This document shows positions 6,711 through 16,400 of a DNA stretch of 29,974 nucleotides, in pieces. The stretch lies in the IMG/VR virus record IMGVR_UViG_3300048670_000431, positions 1 to 29,974 of that record; one strand, written 5' to 3'. The notes under the pieces were generated by a model. It ran no database searches, was not told where the DNA came from, and saw only the letters and a list, made by a program, of their open reading frames with translations. Position numbers and translations under genes: made by a program. The stretch comes from a virus (Duplodnaviria > Caudoviricetes). Numbering within the stretch: the first letter of the stretch is position 1; each line of letters starts with the position of its first letter.

Positions 6711-9617
6711 TTACCTAAGTCCAGCGATTTCCATCATACGGCGCAGATCGTTGTCACCTTCATATCCCATGCGATCTTTCTGACCGGCATTCACCGGTGT
6801 AGTGGTTTGACCAGTTGACTTGGGGCCATTCAATCCGCCGCTGTACATTCCTTCATCGGCTGTTCCCACTTCGTCTGTAGGGTAGTCTGGGTCATTTTCT
6901 GACGCATCGGTGTCACCGTATGCTTCATCAACATCAGTTTTAGGCAACATTTTGTTTGAGGCACTTGCTGGAATTGTCACTGTGACTCTGCCACCAGGTT
7001 CTTTGGATTTGTAAACCCAATCGCTGCCAGATTTTTTTACATCAATTCCACCATCAGCCGTGACGCTCATGTCATTGGGCAGTTTAGGTGGTTGTTCTGC
7101 ACCCCAACGATCTTCATCCATCATTTCATCATCGCAACCGCATGGGCTAGATCCGCATGATGAGCAAGCTTCTTCTTGATCCATGTCATGGATAGCATGC
7201 ATGTCCGAGTCATCACCGGTCATGGCGTGAATGTGTTCATCGCCGTGTCCCATGCCTGCCATCTTCAACAAACTGGCCAACATCACAGCATCGTCATCTG
7301 TGGCAGTGACTGTGAGACTTTGGCGTGGTCCACCATGGTCGTCGTTGTTCATGCTCATGTTGATGTTCATGCTTTCGGATATCATGTTTTCCAACTGACG
7401 ATTCAAACTGTCGTAGATGCCTTTGCCGTAATTGTGACCGCCACCGCTCTTGGGTGCTGCACCAGTTGCCACTGATCCAGAAGTTGTGGTTTCATCCACT
7501 TCTTTTTTCTTCTTGTTTTTCTTTTCGTCGTATTCGATATCCTTGGTCACTCGACGACCAGCTCGTTCAGCCCGGCTGTCTTCGCTGCCGCGACGCTGGC
7601 CATGGATACCGTCTTTTTTCTTCTCGTCGTATTCAATATCCTTGGCTACCTTACGGCCGGCTCGTTCAGCACGGTTATCACGCTTGCGAGTGCGTTCTTG
7701 TTCCATTGGCATGTCATCGTCATTCTGATTCTGCATGTAGTCATCCACAGCAGTCATCATGTTTTCGATCTTGGCCAACTTGCTTTGCACCCATTCTGGC
7801 AAGTTATCGTCATCACCCAGGATCTTTTCCAAGGCCTGTGCATGACGCACCACGGTCTTGATAGTGTCCTTGGCCATGTCGCCTTCGCGATCGTATTCAC
7901 CTGAATCTTGTGGCTCGATCATGTCTTCGGGCATGTCGCCTTCGTCAGTCATGAGTTTGCTTGTGCCACGATTGATCTTGGCACCAATCTTCTTGCCCTG
8001 GCCTGCACCAACCTTACGGCGGCCTATTTGACCACTTGGCTCATCATCCACTCCGGCGTCGTGACCGGCACCGCTGTAGTTGCCTTTCACTGCACGATGG
8101 CGTGTGACACCTGGTTCTGACGTGTCAATCCTACCACCGCTGCTGCTTCTGCGGCTGGTGGGTTCGTCGTCCAAGAAACTTTCTTCCATGTCACGATTGC
8201 GTCCACGCACGGCTTTCTTCATGGCCGTGGCTGCCACATCGCCTAGCATCTCGTCAACTTCTTTTTTAGCGCCAACAATCTTGTCAGCAAAAGTGATCTT
8301 GTCAAAAGGTTTTGCCAAAGCAGCAAATTTCTTTTGCTTGGGACTCATTGGCACGCCACCTTCTGGCAAGTTTGGTTCTGTATGCTTGCCGAGAACATCT
8401 TTTATGCTGCCTTTGAGGCTGGTAATTTGATCTCTTGATGGCATGCCTTTTCTCTTGCCATGTGTGTTGATGCTTTTGTCAGCTGACATGCGAAATCCGC
8501 GGGTCAATGGATCACTGCCGCCGCCTATTGGGCGTTTTCTGCCAGCATAGTCATCGGGTTTTGGATTATCGTAGGCATCATCCATATCAGGGCCAAATGT
8601 GTAGTCTGGTGGTTCCTGTGTGTATAGTCGGTCTTTGTACTTGGAATCGCGGTACTTGGCTGCTTCTTTCATATCAGATGTAAACTTTTGACTCTTGTTC
8701 AATGTTCTTATAGGATCATCTGATGCATTTGCCGCGTTGATGGCACTTTGTGGTACTTTTGATTGGTTGCCTGTTTTCATTCCGGCCCTAGTTGGTCCCG
8801 GAGTGGCAGGACTCCAACGCTTGCCTTTGTTTGGTCCGTCAGTCACGATGGGATACCGACCGTCTGGGCCTTTTGCAGGAGGTGCTGTGGAACCGTCCTC
8901 ATCGTCGGGAGCGGATGTAGGTGTTTTTCTCTTGGGCAGCGGTCCAGTATCCTTACCTACCACGATCATGGAACCTGGCACATTTGGATCTGGTCGTTTT
9001 GACGGAGTGGCATCAACTTCTTTCAACTCGTATTGTTTGCCACCCACTGTGATTTTTTCACCAGGTTGGATGCCATCTCTTTTGGCTTTGACCACTGCAC
9101 CCGAAAATGCATTGCCTTCGTCGGTCGCGCCCTGGCTTTCATCATATTTGTCATACTGGTTGCGAATCTTTTTCATAGTGCTATCGCTGGCATGATCTCT
9201 TCCGGCCTTTTGCAAAGCCTTCATGCCTTGGTCACCATATTTTTTCTTGCCAAACGCAGCTTGTAATGCACTTTCATCCATGCTGTCGCATTCACATGGA
9301 TTGCAATCACACTTGGAACAATGACCTTCGTTAACGGGGTGGCGCAGTTTGTTCAACACAGCACCGGCTACACGTTTGCCTGCTTCCGCGCTGCCATAAC
9401 GCTTGCCAGCATCAGCAGCGATCTTGCTGAAGTTCTTGCCAGGCTTGCCGATGTCTTTGCCGGCAGCGGCTTTCTTGGCTGAGTAGTCGGCGGCTGCTTC
9501 CATCAACCGGTTAGGTGCAGGCTTCACCGGTGTGGCCTGGGCGGTTTCAGCCAGTTGCTGCTTGTTGGCCAAGTCGGCCATCTTTTTGTTTAGATCGTAG
9601 AAAAAATAATCGCTCAT
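6711..9617 (-). CDS. Large low-complexity charged protein, putative prohead core/internal protein
   Basis: 968 aa with an AGAGGA SD. It has many (L/I/M/V)-X-E sites, two CxxCxxxPCxC motifs, a duplicated RAERAGRxVxKDIEYDEKK, and C-terminal LRRMMEIAGLR. Confidence 0.7.
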   Translation of the reverse strand: MSDYFFYDLNKKMADLANKQQLAETAQATPVKPAPNRLMEAAADYSAKKAAAGKDIGKPGKNFSKIAADAGKRYGSAEAGKRVAGAVLNKLRHPVNEGHCSKCDCNPCECDSMDESALQAAFGKKKYGDQGMKALQKAGRDHASDSTMKKIRNQYDKYDESQGATDEGNAFSGAVVKAKRDGIQPGEKITVGGKQYELKEVDATPSKRPDPNVPGSMIVVGKDTGPLPKRKTPTSAPDDEDGSTAPPAKGPDGRYPIVTDGPNKGKRWSPATPGPTRAGMKTGNQSKVPQSAINAANASDDPIRTLNKSQKFTSDMKEAAKYRDSKYKDRLYTQEPPDYTFGPDMDDAYDNPKPDDYAGRKRPIGGGSDPLTRGFRMSADKSINTHGKRKGMPSRDQITSLKGSIKDVLGKHTEPNLPEGGVPMSPKQKKFAALAKPFDKITFADKIVGAKKEVDEMLGDVAATAMKKAVRGRNRDMEESFLDDEPTSRRSSSGGRIDTSEPGVTRHRAVKGNYSGAGHDAGVDDEPSGQIGRRKVGAGQGKKIGAKINRGTSKLMTDEGDMPEDMIEPQDSGEYDREGDMAKDTIKTVVRHAQALEKILGDDDNLPEWVQSKLAKIENMMTAVDDYMQNQNDDDMPMEQERTRKRDNRAERAGRKVAKDIEYDEKKKDGIHGQRRGSEDSRAERAGRRVTKDIEYDEKKNKKKKEVDETTTSGSVATGAAPKSGGGHNYGKGIYDSLNRQLENMISESMNINMSMNNDDHGGPRQSLTVTATDDDAVMLASLLKMAGMGHGDEHIHAMTGDDSDMHAIHDMDQEEACSSCGSSPCGCDDEMMDEDRWGAEQPPKLPNDMSVTADGGIDVKKSGSDWVYKSKEPGGRVTVTIPASASNKMLPKTDVDEAYGDTDASENDPDYPTDEVGTADEGMYSGGLNGPKSTGQTTTPVNAGQKDRMGYEGDNDLRRMMEIAGLR

Positions 9618-9620
9618 GGT

Positions 9621-10229
9621 TTATCCTCTTGGTGTTGCGAAAGTAGCAGGCCGTGGCATGCGTTTGACATCAGTCATTGGACTCTTGGTGTCCTGTTTGA
9701 TATCATTGGTGGTTTTTGCTGGAGGTGTTTTGCCACCGGCCACTGTGAAATCTGAACGATATGCATTTTGCAATACCGCATGTTTGTAAGGATCGCCGGA
9801 GTAATCTTTCTTCAAGGCCTGCTGTTCAGCATTGGGTGCAGGATAATCGGTATCCGCAATCAAGTCCTTGTTCTGTGTGTTGATTTCTGCAATTTCGTTG
9901 TCAATGCTGTTCACATACGGTTGTGTCAACAGTCGGATCCGGTTGGGGCTGAAACCCAACAGTTGAGCCAGTTGTTGTATCTGTGGTTCGATGGCTGGAT
10001 AACGAAAACTCACATCCACACTGGTGACCATGTCATTTTCTTCGTTGGGAAAGTCTTTGAGAAGTTTCTGCACAGGTGTGGTCTTCTTGCCCGACATTTT
10101 AACAATGTCAAACTGTTCGAGTTTTTGCTCCAGATCCTTGATAAAGGTTGGCGGCACATCGCCCAGGATCTTGATCCTGTAGTCGTATGTGCGTTCCGAT
10201 TCTGCGAGATAATGGTGAAATTTTTTCAT
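9621..10229 (-). CDS. Hypothetical phage protein with IP-like leader (MKKFHHYLAE)
   Basis: 202-aa ORF directly downstream of a perfect TATAAATA and an AGGA SD. Confidence 0.7.
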   Translation of the reverse strand: MKKFHHYLAESERTYDYRIKILGDVPPTFIKDLEQKLEQFDIVKMSGKKTTPVQKLLKDFPNEENDMVTSVDVSFRYPAIEPQIQQLAQLLGFSPNRIRLLTQPYVNSIDNEIAEINTQNKDLIADTDYPAPNAEQQALKKDYSGDPYKHAVLQNAYRSDFTVAGGKTPPAKTTNDIKQDTKSPMTDVKRMPRPATFATPRG

Positions 10230-10246
10230 ATCAGAGTCCTATGGGA

Positions 10247-10254
10247 TATTTATA
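10247..10254 (-). promoter_or_regulatory. T4 late promoter consensus TATAAATA
   Basis: Exact match to the T4 gp55 late -10 consensus, 17 nt upstream of ATG 10229; it overlaps the upstream stop codon. Confidence 0.8.
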
Positions 10255-10738
10255 CTTTTTTGGCATTTGTCTTTCTATCGCCCAACAATCTATCCAACAA
10301 TTCATTGCGATCCAACACATGGCCTTGGCCTTGCTGTGGTGGTTCTCGGTCTGAATCTGCAAGTTTGGCATCTAGATTTGCTTTTTTCAACTGCAAATCA
10401 ATCATTTTTAACTTCTTGTTTAACTTGGCCTGCTTGGCTGTGAGTGCATGTCCCAGCATGGCACCGGCCACTGAAAAAATTTCAGCAGCAAATCTCGAAT
10501 CCACATTCATGCCTAGATCCATGAGATCCTTGTAACTGCCTTTGGCTAGATCAGCCAGTTCATCCATGTCTGCATCAGATGAACTCAAGTCACGCACACC
10601 CGGTAGAGCAGCATCAATCTTGTCAATGGCTTCGTCAATTTCAGTCATCACAGACTGGGTTTGTTCAGGAGTGTACACCAGATCCTCTTCGGGGTCCGTG
10701 GAGGGCGGTAGGTCGAACAACTCTTCTAATTTCTTCAT
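10250..10738 (-). CDS. Helical phage protein, possibly terminase small subunit-like
   Basis: Start reassigned to ATG 10738 (MKKLEELFDLP). Acidic N-terminus, helical/coiled-coil core and a DRNELLDRLL tail, loosely like the T4 gp16 layout. The function is tentative. Confidence 0.45.
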   Translation of the reverse strand: MKKLEELFDLPPSTDPEEDLVYTPEQTQSVMTEIDEAIDKIDAALPGVRDLSSSDADMDELADLAKGSYKDLMDLGMNVDSRFAAEIFSVAGAMLGHALTAKQAKLNKKLKMIDLQLKKANLDAKLADSDREPPQQGQGHVLDRNELLDRLLGDRKTNAKKV

Positions 10739-10742
10739 ACCA

Positions 10743-10749
10743 TATTTAC
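10743..10749 (-). promoter_or_regulatory. Late-like promoter box (GTAAATA)
   Basis: Located in the 19-nt intergenic gap, 4 nt before ATG 10738. Confidence 0.5.
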
Positions 10750-10757
10750 CGGATTGA

Positions 10758-11186
10758 TCAACCTGGCTTATGGAACATGTCATCCTCTGTTAGAACCCGG
10801 AAATGTATGCCTGCTCGCCGGCACCAGGCCTGTGCTGCTGCCCATTTGGCATAGTTCACAGCAACCACAGCACGATCTCGACTGTTCATCTTGCTTTCGA
10901 TTATGCTTTGTTTTTTGGGTTTGATCTCAATCATTTCGGCCCGCTGTACATTGCCTCGGGTGCGGTACGTGATAAAAAAGTCCGGCACATACATGGAGGG
11001 TTTGCCAGTGATGGGATTACGATAAGGTATGGCTATGCTTTCGCTGGCCCACTGGATCACTGCATCGTTGTTGTCGCAGAAGCGCATGAATGAATGTTCC
11101 CATCCGGATCGATATCTGGGTTTGTTTTTGCCCACATACTTGCCTGGATTGGTGATGGCATACTCACCGTTGGCCCAGCGGCTCAT
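10758..11186 (-). CDS. gp4: Head completion nuclease (T4 gp4-like, TnsA-type PD-(D/E)XK fold)
   Basis: Motifs YRSGWE..FMRFCD, WASESIAIPY, YVPDF, EIKP, N.AKW.AA and F.VLTE. Confidence 0.9.
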   Translation of the reverse strand: MSRWANGEYAITNPGKYVGKNKPRYRSGWEHSFMRFCDNNDAVIQWASESIAIPYRNPITGKPSMYVPDFFITYRTRGNVQRAEMIEIKPKKQSIIESKMNSRDRAVVAVNYAKWAAAQAWCRRAGIHFRVLTEDDMFHKPG

Positions 11187-11545
11187 GCCAGCACATTCCT
11201 TGCGGTGTAATAGTTAGGTGTCACTGTGACTCCGTATCCCAACAATGTGCTGCCGCTTCTCATGTTGTTGAGATAGTAAGACAGGATCTGTGTGATCATG
11301 ATACTGTCTTCTCCTTCCATGCTTTGAAGTATATCCAGTACCGGGGTGCGAGTTTCTTCGGCTATTCTAAACAAACTCACTGTGAAATTGCCAGCTGCTT
11401 GATCAGTGGTAAACACAGATCTCATGTAGCTATAAACCACATCATACTCTTCTGCATTCACAAATGTTTCATAGCCGTAGAATGTGTCAAATACCCTGAC
11501 TGTGAGATCCACATTGGTGTTGAGTGCGTTGACTGTGCCGCCCAT
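11183..11545 (-). CDS. Hypothetical protein in the tail/head module
   Basis: 120-aa ORF with an AAGGA SD and an ATGA overlap with gp4. Confidence 0.7.
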   Translation of the reverse strand: MGGTVNALNTNVDLTVRVFDTFYGYETFVNAEEYDVVYSYMRSVFTTDQAAGNFTVSLFRIAEETRTPVLDILQSMEGEDSIMITQILSYYLNNMRSGSTLLGYGVTVTPNYYTARNVLA

Positions 11546-11546
11546 G

Positions 11547-12701
11547 TTATTGTCCTTGTGTGGTGTTGGTAGTGGCTACTCTGTTTATGGACCGATTGAA
11601 TATTACATTTACTCCACCATTGCTGCGAACTGCCCCGGGAAGTGTGTTTCTAAGAGTGGACTTGAGTGCAGCATTGGCTTCTTCGTTGACTGTGGCTCTG
11701 AAATCTTTACCCTTCCAGGTCTGATTTACAGTTCCGGCTTTTTGCACAGCACCAACCACAGCAGTCAATCCACCCCCGTTAAATATGGCATTGTTTAGGT
11801 CCGTCACGATACCAATACCAGCGTCCAGTAATCCACCTTGCCCTAGCACTGTCTGTGTGCTGCCCGGTCTAGCCAGGCTGGAAGGTACATTATCATAATA
11901 CTCACGAGCAGCAAATCCAACCACATTGGTATCGGGTCGCACACCACCAATGGCGCCTTCATAATATTTCACAGTTTCGTATTCAATGGTCATTGAGTTC
12001 TGCATGGTACCGGTACCTTCGTTGTAGTTATAGGTGTCGTGTTCCCAACTTTTGATCAAGGGATTGATCAACACATAACTCACCCACTTGTGCTGACTCA
12101 TTCCATACACTGTGATATCTCGGAAAAAAGCCGGTTTACCCGACGGTGAATTACCGCTGTCACTGTATGATTCGCCCACGTATCCCCAATCGTTTACTGG
12201 CCGATCGTTGGCATAGATATCTCTGGTATTGTAAGCAAATCCTGCTGCAGATTGTGATTGCCCGGCGCTGCCATTGGTGGCCCTGGGCGCCAGATAAGTC
12301 TGTGACGGATCTTTAAAATAGTAGGCATAGTAGTTGTACCACATGTTACGCACAATACTGCCACTGTCGTCATGAAATGTCATGCTCAAGGGACCGTAGT
12401 TGATTTTTTTCTGGATCACACGTTTGCGATTGTACTGATTCAGTGTTTCTGTGTCTAAATTGAATTTAGGTAATTGTATGGTCTTGACCATGAGACCAAT
12501 TCGAGTCATGTCCAGGCTGGGGAAAGCATTTTGCAAAACCGGAACCTGATCAGTGTTGATGTTGAAGTAAGTGTGGAACAAGAACTTGTTGCGAGGAGCA
12601 AGTTCGTATCCGTTGGTAAGGAAAGTCTTGGCTGCATGGGCATAGTCTTTGAGACCTTGCCCACCAAAAAACTCTTTTTCAAATTCCTGGCCCCAAGCCA
12701 T
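11547..12701 (-). CDS. Tail-tube-like baseplate/tube initiator protein (gp48/gp54-like)
   Basis: Tube-fold motifs (VKTIQLPKF, NQYNRKRVIQKKINYGPLSMTFHDD, LINPLIKSW, MTIEYE). Lies immediately downstream of the tube gene. Confidence 0.7.
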   Translation of the reverse strand: MAWGQEFEKEFFGGQGLKDYAHAAKTFLTNGYELAPRNKFLFHTYFNINTDQVPVLQNAFPSLDMTRIGLMVKTIQLPKFNLDTETLNQYNRKRVIQKKINYGPLSMTFHDDSGSIVRNMWYNYYAYYFKDPSQTYLAPRATNGSAGQSQSAAGFAYNTRDIYANDRPVNDWGYVGESYSDSGNSPSGKPAFFRDITVYGMSQHKWVSYVLINPLIKSWEHDTYNYNEGTGTMQNSMTIEYETVKYYEGAIGGVRPDTNVVGFAAREYYDNVPSSLARPGSTQTVLGQGGLLDAGIGIVTDLNNAIFNGGGLTAVVGAVQKAGTVNQTWKGKDFRATVNEEANAALKSTLRNTLPGAVRSNGGVNVIFNRSINRVATTNTTQGQ

Positions 12702-12707
12702 GCTAGA

Positions 12708-13325
12708 TTATCCTGTGACTACGTCGTTGACTGTTCTAGCAATAGCAGCACCTACACCAGCACCATTTGGTGTTTGGTTGGCATTGTCGTAACGTATGGT
12801 CAGAGCGATCTTGAGTGGTTCCGACGTGTTGTATGAGGCTTGCCCGTAGTCAGCACTCTTGAGATAGCAACCATACAGTTCCCAAGTTTCCAACACAGTG
12901 GGTTCAGCGGCGCCATTGCCACCATCCAGCACTTCAAATCTTGTGGTGAACTTGTAGTCGATTCCAGATGCAGCTGACGCCATTTCCAAGAAGTCCATCT
13001 GTTTCTGTAGTTGTTCACCAACCAAGCGGCTCACTGCACCAGATGCGTCATCACGCAGATTGCATGTGACCTCGGCCCAGGTGTATTTGCCTGCTAGATA
13101 AAGAGTGCTGTTGTAGATTGGAATGGGGATCTCAGCAAAACTTGCGGTAGGACGTTTGAAGTCCATCACCTGTTTGGTAAGTTCTGTTCGTGGTGTGCTC
13201 ACCCCGAAGTTTTCAAATATCACTCGAAAGCGATAGCTGAGTTTGGGCATGAGCAAGCCTTGGTTGCTCGCGCTTTGATCGCTTGCCAAGGGCACTGTCA
13301 TTCTTGTTAATGATGCAACGGCCAT
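12708..13325 (-). CDS. gp19: Tail tube protein (T4 gp19-like)
   Basis: Motifs YRFRVIF, LAGKYTWAEVTCNLRDD, WELYGCY and LTIRYD. Follows the sheath gene and has an AGGAG SD. Confidence 0.88.
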   Translation of the reverse strand: MAVASLTRMTVPLASDQSASNQGLLMPKLSYRFRVIFENFGVSTPRTELTKQVMDFKRPTASFAEIPIPIYNSTLYLAGKYTWAEVTCNLRDDASGAVSRLVGEQLQKQMDFLEMASAASGIDYKFTTRFEVLDGGNGAAEPTVLETWELYGCYLKSADYGQASYNTSEPLKIALTIRYDNANQTPNGAGVGAAIARTVNDVVTG

Positions 13326-13346
13326 ATTTGTAATCTCCTATGCAGT

Positions 13347-13353
13347 TATTTAC
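13347..13353 (-). promoter_or_regulatory. Late-like promoter box (GTAAATA) for the tube gene
   Basis: Sits between the sheath terminator and the tube SD. Confidence 0.65.
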
Positions 13354-13366
13354 CTCGATCGAGGCC

Positions 13367-13398
13367 AAAAGAAAAGGGGTGTTTCCACCCCTTTTTCT
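13367..13398 (-). terminator. Rho-independent terminator after the sheath gene
   Basis: Minus strand reads GGGGTG-GAAA-CACCCC followed by TTTTCTTTT. An A-tract on the other side makes it potentially bidirectional. Confidence 0.85.
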
Positions 13399-13413
13399 AT
13401 TCTAACGGTGCCG

Positions 13414-16400
13414 TTAGATGCTGGTTGCAGTGGCACTGGCTGCATTGGCAATAGAACCTGTGTTCTGGAGACGCAGCGGAATGTAGATGAATTCCACAGC
13501 CTTCACTGGTTCGATAGCAATGTCAACCCACAGCTCGTTGGCGTCAATTCTAGCAGGTGTGTTGTTTGAATCATCGCACACTACCAAGAAGTCATAGATA
13601 CCACGCTTGGCCACAAGATCGATACACAGCCCATTCACAGCATTGCTGATTTCGTTTCTAGTGATCTGATCATTGGGTTCAAACAGATATTGCTTGCCAA
13701 TTTCTTCCAATCTGCCGCGCATGAACGCAACCAGGCGTGCCACATTGATACGATCCAGCGCAGATGCCTGGCCATATATGGTCTTGTTACCAAAGTTTGT
13801 GATACCCACTCCTGGAATAAAAGTGATTGGGTTAATGTTGTTCAAATATTCAACATCACGCAAGCCTTGGTTGTTACCAATGGTAACAAACTCACCTGTG
13901 GTAGAGTTGATGTATCCAATTCTGGCAGCATTGTCAATCACGCCGCGACGTGTGCCGGCTGGCGCCAACCATGGATAACTTACTGAATCACTGCGGATTA
14001 TGGTGCGAACCATCATGTGACTTGGCGCTGTGACCACTGCACTACCGCCCAGGTCTGTGGTTTGGCAACTGGGATAAAACACAGCAGCATATGCTGAACT
14101 GGTTGTGAGTCCATCACCTGCAAATATGCCCAATCCGCCGTTGTCTGTGGCCCAGGCCACAAGATCATTGCCATTTGGTCCTAAACGCATGGGAGTATCT
14201 CCCACCACGAACACAGTGTTATTGCGCTCATTGCTGAGTGCTATCATGTTGGGTATCAGTTCAGGATATGCAGTACACGCTGCGAGATTGAACACTGCTT
14301 GTTCTTCACGCACAGTGACACTGGTATCAATGCCAGATTTAAGTGCAGCAACCACCAAGGCACGCTGGGCAAAACGACCCATGTTTGGCGAACCATCTAT
14401 TCGATTGCCCGAAGCCGTGACCCAGGAATTGGTTTCTAGTGTGTCCCAGAATGAAGTCTGCGTGGCAGGATTCTGATTGCTACCGGCCTGGATGGCCACA
14501 TACAGCACAGCATTGTACAGCACCTGGTCGCCCACAGCATAGGTAGTGCTGCTTGACCATGTAGGGTAGCTGAAGTCAGCAGCGTTGAAGTAATCAACCT
14601 CAAAACTCTTCACATTGAATCCTGAACGACGTGTGTTGAACAACAACATGCCTGCTGGATATAAGGTGTAATCAGGAGCATCAACGTCCAAGTAATCGCT
14701 GGTGAGCAAGGATGTGATACTGGGTATATCTCCAGTGATGGGGTTCACAGCGCCTGTGGTGCTCCAACGAGCATCTGTGAACAACACACCATTTGATGTC
14801 TGTTGATCAGTGTTGTCGATCAGCACCCATTGATTCACGCCATCAACTTGTTGCCAACGCTTGATCACTGGGTAGATTTCAAGATCACTGGTGTCAATCC
14901 AGATATCACCGTATACCAACACAGTACCATCGGTCTGTGTGGTAGGTGCTGTGGTGGAAATAATTGGTCCGGTAGGATTGGTATCCGACAGATCAAAACC
15001 ACGTGTGTCGTTGGTTTCATTCTGATATCCTACCCATCCTGACCCACCTTGGATCATGATGTCCACTTGGCTTGCGGTAGAATAGTACCAGTATGTGCCG
15101 GCAATAGGATCTTGATCGGGTGCGGTAGCACTGGCTGTGTAAACCAGTGGAATCCATCCACTAAGTTGCAGATATTCTTCTTGATTGTCAACATATACAT
15201 TACGGCAACCTGTGGTACTGGTGGTAAACCCAGCATCACTCACCGCAGTGTCATTACCAACATCTTGCAACAAGATCACGCCACCAATGCTTTGTGTGAG
15301 AACAATGGCACCGGTGCTGCTCACTGTGGCAACCACATTGGGCAGGCCTGCTGAGCTCACAGCAGTGACAAATGCTGCTGCATCAGTTCCACTGATTGTG
15401 ACAGTCACTGTTGAGCTCAACGTGGTAGAATTTGCTGTGCTTGTGGTGACGGTGAACTGATCACCATTGGTGAATGTAGGTGTGCTGGTGCTGCCAGTCA
15501 CTATGGTTGCTCCTGCCGGATTGCGTTCAAACAACTGCAGGGTGAAGGTACCGTTGTAAGGATATGCGCCCACGGTGCTGGTTGCTGGACTCACATTGTA
15601 TTGTGTGTAGGTTGTGCCCGCAGGAATGTTCTTGCCACCACCTGTGGCATCAAATGATGCATTGGCGCTCCAGTCATTTTCATATACCGGAGCAGACTGT
15701 GCCACAAACAAGCCCAATGGTGTGCTGTATTTTTCCACAATCATGGAAGTACCAAGATTTTGTGCAGTGGTCTTGTTCCACACACTGCCTGTGGGGCGCG
15801 GTGTGGTGTCAGTAGCTCTCCAACGTGGGTTCTGATAGCTAGGACTTTGTTGCAGTCCGGGTGCGTAATAAGTGGTATCTGCGGTGAGACCCAGAGTGGT
15901 AAGCAGTCCCGATGTTGATCCTGTGGAACTGATCAAGATGATGCCATCATCAGCTGTGGAACCATCGGCTGTGGCTGTGCTGTCTGCAAACAAGCAAAGT
16001 TTGTTGTCAATCACAGCAGAATACACACCAGTGATGTTGGCAGTGTTGATGGCAGCACTGAGTCCTTGGATGGTGTTGTTGGCTGCCGCAGGCACTGCCA
16101 CTGATGTACCATTGATCACAATGGTGTTGCCTGCGGAGAGTGTTGCGGTCACTGCATTGGCACCTTGCACAGCAGGCCAACTCAATTTCCAATCGTCGCT
16201 GCCTACCAACACCCAGGTGTTGAACAAGCCACTGAGAATGACTGAATTGCCTGTTGCAGCCACTACTGCACCATTCTTGTAGTACACAGGATTGGCTGTG
16301 TTGGTGGCCACCACAGCGTAATCGCCGATAGCACCGTAATCTTGCAGTGGTACGCCATTGCTGAGTTCAGCAGTGCTGGTGATCACGCTGGGTATTGTGC

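Noticed and set aside
9768-10535. 255-aa plus-strand ORF and similar antisense ORFs (e.g. 21600-22181, 28836-29426)
   Set aside because: They lie opposite well-supported genes and have no recognisable motifs or expression signals.
10758-11186. TnsA-like nuclease as evidence of a Tn7 transposon
   Set aside because: Motifs and context fit T4 gp4 head completion protein; no other Tns genes or transposon ends are present.
13353-13364. Perfect 12-bp palindrome CCTCGATCGAGG between the terminator and the tube promoter
   Set aside because: It occurs once with no second copy seen, so no function can be supported.
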